Below, one piece after another: positions 8,836 to 18,047 of a stretch of 64,000 nt of DNA; positions within the stretch are counted from its first letter, which is position 1, and each line of letters begins with the position of its first letter. A model generated the notes under the pieces. That model was not told where the DNA came from. It saw nothing but the letters and a program-made list of their open reading frames with translations, and searched no databases. This stretch comes from Myxococcota bacterium (lineage in GTDB: Bacteria > Myxococcota > B64-G9). A program made the translations under genes and the position numbers. The DNA lies in assembly GCA_022710975.1 (NCBI GenBank), contig JAKLGA010000009.1, positions 117,547 through 181,546 on the forward strand. Reading direction: 5' to 3'.

Positions 8836-10161
8836 ATGCACATGAACCGGTTGCATCGGCCGGCGCTGGCCGGCCTGGGCCTGCTGCTGTCCGTGCTCGC
8901 GCTGGGCTGCCTGCGCCCGGCCGGGGCCGAGGAGCCGGTGCGGGTGGTCATGCCCGGCCTGCAGGCCCACGCCGGGGTGCCCGACGGGGCCGCCCAGGTG
9001 CTGGGCGATCTGGTGCTGGAGGGGCTGCTCAACCGGCACGGCCTGCGGGCCCTGGGCCCCTCGGACATGCGCACGCTGCTGCAGGCCGAGGAGCAGAAGC
9101 GGCTGCTCGGCTGCTACGACGAGGCCTGCATGGTCAGCCTGGTGGGCGCCCTGGGGGCGGACTGGCTGGTGGGCGGCAGCGTGGGCCGGCTCGAGGACCA
9201 GTACGTGCTCAGCCTGGTGCTGATCGAGGCCAAGGAGGCCCGGGTGACGGCGCGCGTCTCCGCGCAGCTCGACTCCCTGAAGGCGGCCCCGGCCCAGGTC
9301 GGCCCGCTGGTGGACCGGCTGCTCGGGCAGCGGCCGCGGGTGCGCGTGCCGAGCGCCCTGGTGGCGCCGCCGCCGGCGGTCGAGCGCGCCCCCCTGGAGC
9401 TCACGGACTTCCGGCGGCGGGCGGAGGGCTACGTGGCCAGCCTGAAGCGCGGCCCCTACGCCCCGGCCCTGGTCGAGGAGCGCCGGGCGCTGCTCGAGGA
9501 CCTGGCCATCACCCCGCTCGCGCCGATGTTCCTGCGGAAGCTCAACACCTTCTGGGCCATCCCGGGCGCCGTGGACGCGGACACCCGGCTGCAGGTGCGG
9601 ACCGCCACCGAGGAGGGGAGCGCGCGGGACGCCCGGCTGCGCTTGCTGGAGTGGTTCGCCCTGGTCGACCAGCTCGAGCTGCTGAAGGCCGCCCACGCGC
9701 GCGGGCTGGAGATGGAGAAGAGCGGCGCCGGGACCCGCCTGCAGGCCCTGCCCTTCGAGGTGAAGCCGGCCCTGCCCGAGGAGCTGCCCGACAGCCCCGA
9801 GCGGCGGGCCTACCTGGAGGCCCGGGCCGGGGCGGTGCAGGCGGTCGAGCGCGCCCTCCAGGGGCTGGAGGCCGGCAACCCCCTGGCCTTCGCCCAGGAG
9901 TGGTTCCAGCCTGGGGACATGTCGTCGAGCGGCCCGAAGGCCACCTTCGAGGAGCTCCGCAAGCACCGCCAGAACGGGTTCAGCCTGCGCCTGTGCCCCC
10001 TGTTCACCGTGTCGACCGACGATCTGCGCCAGGCCGTCGAGCGCTTCCGGGCGAAGGGCGAGGTGGAGTTGTGCGTGCTCCGGACGCGGGGCGAGTTCGC
10101 CAGCCAGCAGACGCTGGAGCTGGCGCAGAAGAGCACCCAGTGGCGCATCCGGGCCTGGTGA
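8836..10161 (+). CDS. Secreted hypothetical protein
   Basis: RBS GGAGGG before ATG 8836. N-terminal signal peptide (LLLSVLALGCLRPAGA). No recognisable catalytic motif. Confidence 0.55.
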   Translation: MHMNRLHRPALAGLGLLLSVLALGCLRPAGAEEPVRVVMPGLQAHAGVPDGAAQVLGDLVLEGLLNRHGLRALGPSDMRTLLQAEEQKRLLGCYDEACMVSLVGALGADWLVGGSVGRLEDQYVLSLVLIEAKEARVTARVSAQLDSLKAAPAQVGPLVDRLLGQRPRVRVPSALVAPPPAVERAPLELTDFRRRAEGYVASLKRGPYAPALVEERRALLEDLAITPLAPMFLRKLNTFWAIPGAVDADTRLQVRTATEEGSARDARLRLLEWFALVDQLELLKAAHARGLEMEKSGAGTRLQALPFEVKPALPEELPDSPERRAYLEARAGAVQAVERALQGLEAGNPLAFAQEWFQPGDMSSSGPKATFEELRKHRQNGFSLRLCPLFTVSTDDLRQAVERFRAKGEVELCVLRTRGEFASQQTLELAQKSTQWRIRAW

Positions 10162-10171
10162 GCCGGGTGGA

Positions 10172-10933
10172 TCAGAAGCGGCGATCGCGCAGGAACGGCT
10201 GGCGGGCGCGGACCTCGGCCACCCGGGCCGGCTCGAGCTCGGCCAGCAGCAGGCCCTCCTGGGCGCCGCCCGCGGCCAGGGGCTCGCCCAGCGGGCCATA
10301 GATGGCCGAGCCGCCCGCGTAGGTCAGCCCGCCGCCCTGGCCCACCCGGTTGACCCCCACCAGGCAGCACTGGTTCTCCACCGCCCGGGCCGGCAGCAGC
10401 GTGTCCCAGGCGCGCTGGCGCGTGTCGGGCCAGGAGGCGATCACCAGCATCAGCCAGCACTCCTCGGCCACCAGGCGGAAGAGCTCCGGGAAGCGCAGGT
10501 CGTAGCACACGAAGGCGGAGGCGCGGCCGCCGCCGAGCGGGAAGGTGACCGGCCCCGGACCGGGCTCGTGCTGGCGATCCTCCCCGGCGTAGCCGAACAG
10601 GTGGCTCTTGACGTAGGTGGCCTGGAGCTCGCCGTCCGGGCCCACCAGCCTGGCCGCGTTTCGCCCGCGGCCGGCCGCGCCGGCGAGCACCAGCCCGCCC
10701 AGCACCGCGAGCCCGTGGCGCCGGGCCAGGGCTCGCAGGAAGGCCGTGGTCGGCCCGTCGTCCGCCTCGGCGGTGAAGGCCGGGTTCAGCGAGAAGCCGG
10801 TGGCGAACATCTCCGGCAGCACCAGCAGCTCGGCCCCCGCCGCCCGGGCGCGTGCGGCGAAGCCCTCCACCCGGGCGTAGTTGGCCTGGCGATCCTCCCA
10901 GGCCACCTCGAGCTGCAGCGCGGCCAGCTTCAT
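10172..10933 (-). CDS. Carbon-nitrogen hydrolase family protein (omega-amidase/Nit2-like)
   Basis: MKLAALQLE...LLVLPEMF...CYDLRFPE (E-K-C triad context). Start overlaps the stop of the upstream aminotransferase (ATGA). Confidence 0.8.
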   Translation of the reverse strand: MKLAALQLEVAWEDRQANYARVEGFAARARAAGAELLVLPEMFATGFSLNPAFTAEADDGPTTAFLRALARRHGLAVLGGLVLAGAAGRGRNAARLVGPDGELQATYVKSHLFGYAGEDRQHEPGPGPVTFPLGGGRASAFVCYDLRFPELFRLVAEECWLMLVIASWPDTRQRAWDTLLPARAVENQCCLVGVNRVGQGGGLTYAGGSAIYGPLGEPLAAGGAQEGLLLAELEPARVAEVRARQPFLRDRRF

Positions 10934-12099
10934 GACCGGCGCCAGCGCCGCAGACGGGCGATGGCCTCCTCCAGGGTGTCGTCCCGCTTGCAGAAGGCCA
11001 GGCGCACCTGATCCCGGCCCCCGCGCCGCTCCTGGTAGAACACGGAGAAGGGGATGGCGGCGACCCCGGCCTGGGCGGCCAGCCGGCGGCAGAACTCGAG
11101 ATCGTCCGTGGCCCCCAGGCCCCCGATGCGCCAGGTGGCGTAGTAGGTGCCGGCGGGCCGGCTCACCTCCAGGCCGAGCTCGGTCAGGGCGTCGCACAGC
11201 CGCGCGCGCCGCCGGGTGTAGGCCTCGAGCAGCTCCCGGTAGTAGTCGTCCGCGAAGCCCAGCCCCACGGCCATGGCGCGCTGCAGGGGGCCCGGGGTGC
11301 AGAACGTCAGGAACTGGTGGGCGGCGCGCACCGCGGCCGTGAGCGGCGGCGCGGCCACGGCGTAGCCCACCTTCCAGCCGGTCATGGAGAAGGTCTTGGC
11401 CGTGGAGGAGATGACGATGCTCGCCTCGCGCAGGCCCGGCACCTCGAGCAGGCTCACGTGCCGGCGCCCGTCGTAGACCAGGTGCTCGTACACCTCGTCG
11501 CCGATGGCCACCGCCCCGTGCCGCTGGCACAGCTCACCCAGGAAGCGGAGCTCCTCGGCCGAGTACACCTTGCCGCACGGGTTCTGGGGGTTGTTCACCA
11601 GGACGGCCCGGGTGCGGGGGTTGAAGGCCCGCTCCAGCGCCCGCTGATCCAGCTCGAAACCCGGGCCCTGCAGCGGGACGCACACCGGCCGCGCCCCGGC
11701 CCGCGCCACCATGGCCGGGTACAGGTCGTAGAAGGGCTCGAGCAGGATCACCTCGTCGCCCGGGTCGAGCAGCCCGAGCAGCGCCGAGGCCAGCCCCTCG
11801 GTGGCCCCGGCGGTCACCGTCACCTCGCGCTCGGGGTCCACCTCCAGGCCGTGGAAGCGCCGGAGCTTGGCCGCCACCGCCTGGCGCAGCTCGGGCACGC
11901 CGGGGCTGGGGGCGTACTGGTTGGGGCCCCGCAGGAGGTCCTCGGCCGCCAGGCGGCGGAGCTCCTCGGGGCCGTCGAAGTCCGGGAAGCCCTGGGACAG
12001 GTTGACCGCTCCCAGCCGGTTGGCGAGCTGGGTCATCTCGGTGAAGATGGAGGTGCCGAACGGGGCCAGGCTGGCGCTCACCTGTCGCTTGGGATCCAT
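10930..12099 (-). CDS. PLP-dependent aminotransferase class I/II (methionine/glutamine transaminase, YbdL-like)
   Basis: Full-length class-I aminotransferase fold: NLSQGFPDF, PxGxPELR, NNPQNPCGKVY, SSTAKTFSMTGWKVGY (Schiff-base Lys). Confidence 0.85.
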   Translation of the reverse strand: MDPKRQVSASLAPFGTSIFTEMTQLANRLGAVNLSQGFPDFDGPEELRRLAAEDLLRGPNQYAPSPGVPELRQAVAAKLRRFHGLEVDPEREVTVTAGATEGLASALLGLLDPGDEVILLEPFYDLYPAMVARAGARPVCVPLQGPGFELDQRALERAFNPRTRAVLVNNPQNPCGKVYSAEELRFLGELCQRHGAVAIGDEVYEHLVYDGRRHVSLLEVPGLREASIVISSTAKTFSMTGWKVGYAVAAPPLTAAVRAAHQFLTFCTPGPLQRAMAVGLGFADDYYRELLEAYTRRRARLCDALTELGLEVSRPAGTYYATWRIGGLGATDDLEFCRRLAAQAGVAAIPFSVFYQERRGGRDQVRLAFCKRDDTLEEAIARLRRWRRS

Positions 12100-12149
12100 G
12101 CGTACCTCCACCCGACGATTAGTCCAGCCAGGCCCGGCTCGCAAGCCTT

Positions 12150-12395
12150 GTGTTCGGCCCGATTCTGGGCCAGCATGCGCCCATGGACGAGGTGAAGAAC
12201 GTCTCGGTGCGCGTGGTGAACTGCCGGACCTGCTGGGCCGAGGGCGAGTGCAAGGTGGAGATCACCTTCAACGAGCTTGGCCGGGTGACCGAGGCCAAGG
12301 TGCTGGAGCTCTCCCCGGGCTGGGTGTACCGGCCCCACGGTCAGGCCGGCGGCCAGGCGCCCATCTGCCCGGCCTGCCAGGCCAAGCCCGCCTGA
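12150..12395 (+). CDS. Small zinc-ribbon protein (hypothetical)
   Basis: CRTC...CPAC paired Cys motifs. Start uncertain (ATG 12150 or 12183). No RBS obvious. Confidence 0.35.
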   Translation: MFGPILGQHAPMDEVKNVSVRVVNCRTCWAEGECKVEITFNELGRVTEAKVLELSPGWVYRPHGQAGGQAPICPACQAKPA

Positions 12396-12396
12396 G

Positions 12397-13071
12397 TCAC
12401 CCGAGCAGGTTCAGCAGCTCGTGGGCGCGCTCGATCAGCTCGCGCGCCTTGTCCGGATCATGGTTGCGCCCCTCGTGGAACAGCAGCGTGTCGCCCTGCC
12501 CCTCGAGCTGGAGGCCGGTGCCCGCGTAGCGCATGAGGGAGAGGCGCAGGCTCGGCTGGAGCTTCGCGCGCACCGCGGCCTCGTCCGCCCCCTGCAGCAC
12601 GAAGGCCCTGGAGAACTGCGGGTCCTCCTCGAAGTTGATGTCCTGGCCGCCGAACAGCTTGCCTAGGAAGTCCAGCATGGCGCGCTGGCGCCGCAGGAAG
12701 AAGTGCGGCAGCTTCAGGCGCGGGGCTTGCAAGATGCAGAGGGTCTGGTTGTGGACGGTCTGGTTCTTGCCGTGGCCGGTCACGTACTTGTAGTCCGCCA
12801 GGCACAGCTGGCCGCCGCGCACCGCGCCCGTGAGCACGTTCCGGGCGCGCTTGGAGTGGCCCAGGGTGAACAGCTTGAAGGTGCCGAAACGCGCCACCAG
12901 GGACGGATCCTCGCGCTGGAAGCGGAGATCCAGCTCGAGGGCCGCGGCCATCCAGGCCTGGCGGCGCCGCTTGGCCTGGAACCAGGCCAGCCAGACGAAG
13001 AAGGCGGTCAGGCTGATCAGCCCGGCCACCACCAGGATCACCAGGGTCCGCTCGTCCAAGCTCACCTCCAC
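12397..13071 (-). CDS. Single-pass membrane protein, hypothetical
   Basis: GTG 13071 preferred. TM helix LVILVVAGLISLTAFFVWLAWF then a cytoplasmic domain of unknown function. Overlaps the upstream zinc-ribbon gene by 10 nt. Confidence 0.5.
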   Translation of the reverse strand: MEVSLDERTLVILVVAGLISLTAFFVWLAWFQAKRRRQAWMAAALELDLRFQREDPSLVARFGTFKLFTLGHSKRARNVLTGAVRGGQLCLADYKYVTGHGKNQTVHNQTLCILQAPRLKLPHFFLRRQRAMLDFLGKLFGGQDINFEEDPQFSRAFVLQGADEAAVRAKLQPSLRLSLMRYAGTGLQLEGQGDTLLFHEGRNHDPDKARELIERAHELLNLLG

Positions 13072-13286
13072 AGCTTTCGCCACAGCCGTCGCCACAGGCT
13101 CACCCGCGGCGGCGGGGTGTGCTCGAACACGGTCTCCTCGAGGTCGGCGCGCTCCGGGTTGGCCACCTCGCGGATGTTGCGCAGGCACTGGCCGCAGATG
13201 TTGCTGCCCTTGACGTTCGGCTCCCCGCAGTAGGGGCAAGGGACGCGCTCCTGCTTGGCCTGGGTGGGTCGGACCGGCGGTGGCAT
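13062..13286 (-). CDS. Zinc-ribbon domain protein
   Basis: CPYCG...CGQC double-Cys knuckles. Basic W/R-rich tail. Translationally overlapped with 12397..13071. Confidence 0.5.
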   Translation of the reverse strand: MPPPVRPTQAKQERVPCPYCGEPNVKGSNICGQCLRNIREVANPERADLEETVFEHTPPPRVSLWRRLWRKLWR

Positions 13287-13317
13287 CCCGTGCCTCCCCT
13301 CGCGAGCGTCCGGCGTC

Positions 13318-14454
13318 TCAGGGCGAGGCCGCCCGCAGACGGATCAGGCCGTTGTCCATCAGGCGCTGGAGCAGGCGCAGGGTCTCCAGCTCGCCGAAGG
13401 CCGTGGAGCTGACCAGGCGGGCCACGCTCGAGTGGCCGTCCAGGCGCATGGCCAGGTGCACCTCGCGCGGGCCGAGGCGCGCCTCGGCCAGGCGCAGGCG
13501 CGGTCCGGCCAGCTCGGGCACGGCCGCGGGCGGCAGGGCCGAATACAGGGCCTCGAGCAGCTCGGCCCGGGCCCGCAGCTGGAGCTGCGCCGCCCGCGGG
13601 TGGTCGGGCTCCAGGCCCATGGCGGTCGCCAGCGGCTCGAGGGCCTCCTCGGCCCGGCCGCCGAGCAGCAGCTGCGCGCCGCGCTCCACCAGCTGCTCGA
13701 CCGCGGCCATGCCCGCGGAGGCGGTCGGATCCACCCGCACGAAGCCCTGGCGGTGGGCCTCGAACAGCTGCTGATGGATGCGGAACCGGCTGCCGCCCAT
13801 GCGCAGGCACAGCTTGCCCACCGAGATGGGCCAGCACAGCCCCTCCAGCTCGCGCAGCACGGAGTGGGGCGGATCGGCGGCCGCCTCCTCTGGCGGGCGG
13901 CAGCCGCGGGCTTGCACCAGCACGCGGCTGTGGGGCAGCACGGTGCGGATGCGGGCCCACTCGTCGCGGCGGCGGGCCGCCTCGAACAGGAGCTCGCGCG
14001 TGTCGACGGGCGCGGGCAGCAGCTCCTGCTCGGGCAGCGGATCGTCGTCCCGGAAGCCGCTGCCGAAGGGGGCGAAGTGGAAACTGCCCTCGCCCTGGAA
14101 CAGGAGGTCCATGGCCGTCTCGAAGGCGTGCAGCGCTTGCACCCGGCGCAGCGCCCCCGCGGACACCAGCCCCTGGGAGCGGAGCGCGGCCAGGAGCGGC
14201 TGTCCGCGCAGGGTGGACTCGAGGGTGCGCTGGAGCTGCGCCTCGCTCAGGTAGCCCCAGGACAGGAGCGCCGGCCGGATGTCGGCCCGCACCGGGTCGC
14301 CCACCACCAGGGAGATGAGCACGCCCTCGCGGAAGGCGAGCCGGCTCTCCTCCAGCTCCGCGCTGACGGTCAGGTTCCCGCTCATGCGGGACTGGTGCAC
14401 GATCTGGAGCAGATCGGTCAGCGCCAGGCTGTCGAAGGTGCCGGCCAGCGGCAT
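13318..14454 (-). CDS. DUF4388 domain protein
   Basis: N-terminal MPLAGTFDSLALTDLLQIVHQSRMSGNLTV is the hallmark of DUF4388. The listed ORF extends further 5' (710 aa), but that extension is compositionally antisense-like. Confidence 0.65.
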   Translation of the reverse strand: MPLAGTFDSLALTDLLQIVHQSRMSGNLTVSAELEESRLAFREGVLISLVVGDPVRADIRPALLSWGYLSEAQLQRTLESTLRGQPLLAALRSQGLVSAGALRRVQALHAFETAMDLLFQGEGSFHFAPFGSGFRDDDPLPEQELLPAPVDTRELLFEAARRRDEWARIRTVLPHSRVLVQARGCRPPEEAAADPPHSVLRELEGLCWPISVGKLCLRMGGSRFRIHQQLFEAHRQGFVRVDPTASAGMAAVEQLVERGAQLLLGGRAEEALEPLATAMGLEPDHPRAAQLQLRARAELLEALYSALPPAAVPELAGPRLRLAEARLGPREVHLAMRLDGHSSVARLVSSTAFGELETLRLLQRLMDNGLIRLRAASP

Positions 14455-14547
14455 GGGTCCTCCCCGTCGGCGCCATTGTGCCCCGGACCTCCGGCGGGCG
14501 CAAGCGTAGCCGGGAAGCGTTGCGCCGCGGGCGGTTCCGTGGCATCC

Positions 14548-16620
14548 ATGGGCTCCAGGGAGGTCCTGCGCGCCGTGAACGAAGTGGGACGCCTGGGTGA
14601 GCTGGTGGTGCTGCTCGGGGTGGGGGTGCTGGCCGCCCTGGTCATGGCCCGCATGCGCCTGCCGGTCATCGCCGGGCTGCTGCTGGCCGGCGCCCTGGCC
14701 GGGCCGCACGGGCTCGCCCTGGTGACCTCCTCCGAGGCCGTGGCCACCGTGGCCGAGGTGGGCGTCATCCTGCTGCTCTTCAGCGTGGGCCTGGAGCTCT
14801 CGCTCGCCAAGCTGGCGCGCATCGGCTGGACCGCGGCGCTGGGGGGCCTGCTGCAGGTGGCCGGCACCAGCCTGGCGGTGCTGGCCGTGGTGGTGACGTT
14901 CGGCGGCGCGTGGGAGCGAGGCCTGGCCTTCGGTTTCATGGTGGCGCTGTCCTCCACGGCCATCGTGCTGCGCGGGCTCCAGGACCGCGGCGAGGTGGAC
15001 GCCCCCCACGGGCGCTTCATCGTGGGCACGCTGGTGCTGCAGGACCTGTGCGTGGTGCCCATGATGCTGGTGATACCGCTGCTGGCGGGCGGCTCCGGCC
15101 CCTCGGTGGCCGGGCTGGCCTGGGCGCTGGGCAAGGCCGTGGTCATCCTGGCCGGCCTCGTGCTGCTGGCGCGCCTGGCGCTGCCGTGGTTGCTGCGCCG
15201 GGTGGATCGCACCCGCTCCCGGGAGGTGTTCTTCCTGTCCGTGGTGGTGGTCTGCCTGGGCACGGCCTACCTCACCCACCTGGCGGGCCTGTCGCTCGCC
15301 CTGGGGGCCTTCCTGGCCGGCATGCTGCTCGCGGACGGCGACTTCTCCCACCGCGCCCTGGGCGACATCCTGCCCATGCGCATCCTGTTCACCAGCGTGT
15401 TCTTCCTGTCGCTGGGCATGCTGTTCAACCCCCGGGTGGTGCTCGAGCACCCCCTGTGGGTCGCTGGGCTGTTCCTGGCCCTGCTCGTGGGCAAGGGCCT
15501 GCTGGCCGCGCTGGCCGGCCTGGCCATGCGCTTCCCGGCCCGGGTGGCCGCGCTATCCGGGCTGGCCCTGGCCCAGTTCTCCGAGTTCTCCTTCGTGCTG
15601 GCCAAGGAGTCGCAGGCGGCCGGCCTGCTGGGCGCCGTGGAGGCCGAGCTGCTGCTGGCCGCGGGGGTCCTGACCATGTTCGTCACCCCGCTCACCCTGC
15701 GCTTCTTCCCCCGCCTGGCCGCCGGCGCGGCGCTGCTGCGGCCGCTCGAGCGCCTGCTGGGCGCGCGCGGCATCACCGAGGTCTCTCCGGACCACGCCGC
15801 GCTGCACGGCCACGTGGTGGTGGTGGGCCACGGCGTGGCGGGGCGCCTGCTGACTGCGGCGCTGCGGGAGACGGGGCAGCCCTACCTGATCATCGAGCTC
15901 AACGCGGATACCGTGCGGGCCGCACGGATGGCCGGCGAGCCGGCCTACTACGGCGACATCACCAGCCCCGAGACCCTGGCCCACGCCCGGGTGAGGGAGG
16001 CCCGGGTGGTGATCGTATCCATCAACGATCCGGAGGCGGCGCGCCGGGCGGTGATCGAGTCCCGCCGCAACGCGCCGGACACACCGGTCGTGGTGCGCAC
16101 CCGCTACCTGGCCGACACGCAAGCGCTCCACGAGCTCGGCGCCACAGACGTGGTGAACGAGGAGCTCGAGGCGGGCATGGAGCTGATGGCCCGCGTGCTG
16201 CGGCTGCTCGGGGTCGGCAGCAACGAGCTGGCCGACCAGCTACGCCTGGCCCGCCGCCGCCACCAGCCGGCCGTGCGCAAGCTGACCATCCCCCGCAGGC
16301 AGCTCATCGAGATCCCCGAGCTGGCCGCCCTCAAGGTGGACACCTACCGGGTGCCGCCGCAGGCGTGGGCCCTCGGGCGCACCCCGGCCGAGCTCAGGTT
16401 GCGCTCGGTGACCGGGGCCTGGGTGGTGGGCCTGGGGCGGGATGGCAACCTGGTGGGCGGCTCGGTGACCGACAGCCGGCTGGAGATGGGCGACAGGGTG
16501 TTCCTGGTAGGCACCGGCGATCAGCTCAAGGCCGCGGCCGAGCTGTTGACCCGGGGCCCGGCCCAGGGATCCGTGGATGCGAACCTGCAGGAGGAGGACG
16601 GCGGAGAAGGAGAGGCCTAG
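14548..16620 (+). CDS. Kef-type monovalent cation:proton antiporter (CPA2) with TrkA-N/RCK and TrkA-C domains
   Basis: About 12 TM helices, Rossmann VVVVGHGVAGR (RCK N). The listed 1121-aa ORF carries a false N-terminal extension; true ATG 14548. Confidence 0.85.
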   Translation: MGSREVLRAVNEVGRLGELVVLLGVGVLAALVMARMRLPVIAGLLLAGALAGPHGLALVTSSEAVATVAEVGVILLLFSVGLELSLAKLARIGWTAALGGLLQVAGTSLAVLAVVVTFGGAWERGLAFGFMVALSSTAIVLRGLQDRGEVDAPHGRFIVGTLVLQDLCVVPMMLVIPLLAGGSGPSVAGLAWALGKAVVILAGLVLLARLALPWLLRRVDRTRSREVFFLSVVVVCLGTAYLTHLAGLSLALGAFLAGMLLADGDFSHRALGDILPMRILFTSVFFLSLGMLFNPRVVLEHPLWVAGLFLALLVGKGLLAALAGLAMRFPARVAALSGLALAQFSEFSFVLAKESQAAGLLGAVEAELLLAAGVLTMFVTPLTLRFFPRLAAGAALLRPLERLLGARGITEVSPDHAALHGHVVVVGHGVAGRLLTAALRETGQPYLIIELNADTVRAARMAGEPAYYGDITSPETLAHARVREARVVIVSINDPEAARRAVIESRRNAPDTPVVVRTRYLADTQALHELGATDVVNEELEAGMELMARVLRLLGVGSNELADQLRLARRRHQPAVRKLTIPRRQLIEIPELAALKVDTYRVPPQAWALGRTPAELRLRSVTGAWVVGLGRDGNLVGGSVTDSRLEMGDRVFLVGTGDQLKAAAELLTRGPAQGSVDANLQEEDGGEGEA

Positions 16621-16632
16621 CAGGGCTGGCGT

Positions 16633-16655
16633 GGACCGATCCGACCGATCGGTCC
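16633..16655. terminator. Candidate bidirectional terminator hairpin between convergent genes
   Basis: GGACCGATC-cgacc-GATCGGTCC: 9-bp perfect stem, 5-nt loop, between the Kef stop (16620) and protease stop (16667). No U-tract. Confidence 0.35.
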
Positions 16656-16666
16656 GGTCGCTCAGC

Positions 16667-17713
16667 CTACTGGCAATCGGCCGGGCACCGCGTCGCGTTC
16701 TCGCCCTTCTTCGTGTTGCACACGCCGTCGCCGCAGCAGGCGCCCTTGCGCACGCAGTCCGCGGCGCAGGCGGCGCAGGTCTCGCCGCCGGTGCACACGC
16801 CGTTGCCGCACACCTCGCCCGTGGGCTCGCAGTCGGGGTCGGCGCCCGGGGCGCAGGCCGCGTTGCACACGCCGTTCGCGGAGCAGTCCGGGGCCGGGGT
16901 GTTGCCGGTGAAGGCGTTGATGTAGCTCTCGAAGGTGTCCGCGCGGCTGCTCACGCCGTAGTCCAGGCAGGCCGCGTCGCCGTAGCTGGTCATGCCGCCC
17001 ACGTACACGGTGCCGTTGCGGCTGACGAAGGCCGGGCCGCCCGAGTCGCCGGAGCAGGGGCCGCCCTCGGACAGGGGCTGGTAGTAGTAGAGCCGGTCGG
17101 TGCTCAGCAGGTGGTCCAGGGTGCCCACCACGTGCAGCTTGTCGCCGAAGGCGTACTGGGAACCGCTCTCGACCGTGCCGAAGCCGGCGAAGTCGAGCGC
17201 CAGGTGGCCTTCGTCCGCGGCGGTGAAGCCCAGGCTCTGGGGCAGGGCCGGGACCGGGCTGGCCACGTTCGCGGGCACCGCGCTGGTCAGGCGGGCGAGG
17301 GCGATGTCGTTGGCCATGGTGGTCGAGCTGTAGCCCGGGTGCACCGCGATCGCGGACACCATGTAGAAGTCGCTGTAGCTCAGGGTGCCGGCGTTGTACT
17401 CGCGGATCGAGCTCTGGCCCAGGTAGATGGCCAGGCCCGACGCGCGGGTGCCCTTGAGGCAGTGGGCCGCGGTCAGCACCACGTTCGGGGTGATCAGGGT
17501 GCCGGAGCAGAAGGGGGAGATGCTGATGCCCTGCCTGGAGTTCTGGTGCAGGGAGACCACCGCGTCGTACTCACCGCCCGAGGCGGGCGAGCCGTTGTAG
17601 ATCGCGTTCTGGTGCTTGACCAGGTTGTTCTCGGTGGTGAGGCCGTCACCACAGGCCTGGAAGGCCACCGCACCCACGAGCGCCAGCGCGACCAGCATCA
17701 GATTCCGCCGCAT
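16667..17713 (-). CDS. Secreted trypsin-like serine protease (S1 family) with Cys-rich C-terminal extension
   Basis: Signal peptide. TAAHC (His), DIALARL (Asp), GDSGGP (Ser). C-terminal CxxGxC-rich tail. Confidence 0.85.
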   Translation of the reverse strand: MRRNLMLVALALVGAVAFQACGDGLTTENNLVKHQNAIYNGSPASGGEYDAVVSLHQNSRQGISISPFCSGTLITPNVVLTAAHCLKGTRASGLAIYLGQSSIREYNAGTLSYSDFYMVSAIAVHPGYSSTTMANDIALARLTSAVPANVASPVPALPQSLGFTAADEGHLALDFAGFGTVESGSQYAFGDKLHVVGTLDHLLSTDRLYYYQPLSEGGPCSGDSGGPAFVSRNGTVYVGGMTSYGDAACLDYGVSSRADTFESYINAFTGNTPAPDCSANGVCNAACAPGADPDCEPTGEVCGNGVCTGGETCAACAADCVRKGACCGDGVCNTKKGENATRCPADCQ

Positions 17714-18047
17714 GAGACTCTCCTCCGTTCCGACCGTTTTCGAACTGTCCGACCCTAGACTTACCTTTTCCCGAAATCCAGAATTTTCTTGCCCCTGGTG
17801 CAGGGCGTCAATAGCCTACGGATACACGCCGTCACTTCAAGCCTCATGCCAGCCCCAGGCGCCCCGGCCAAGATCTCAATCCACTGAATTCATAGAGTAA
17901 TTTGCAGTGTAGGATGTTGTGCTCCGGGGTGATCCTGTAGCCTGAAATTGATCCTTCGAACGCTGGTGTTCTCTTATGGTTCTGAATTTACTATTGTTTA
18001 TTTCTTGTAGCCCGGTTTTCAAAACGGGGACGGAGTTGCTTTCAGAG

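Noticed and set aside
13255-14547. N-terminal 430-aa extension of the Kef ORF (13255..16620)
   Set aside because: Extension is low-complexity (Q/G/R/A-rich), overlaps the DUF4388 gene on the other strand, and the real protein begins with a proper TM-rich N-terminus at ATG 14548.
17714-18047. AT-rich gap as tRNA or tmRNA gene
   Set aside because: No acceptor-stem/T-loop (GTTCRANYC) arrangement or CCA-compatible 3' end. Only a single imperfect hairpin.
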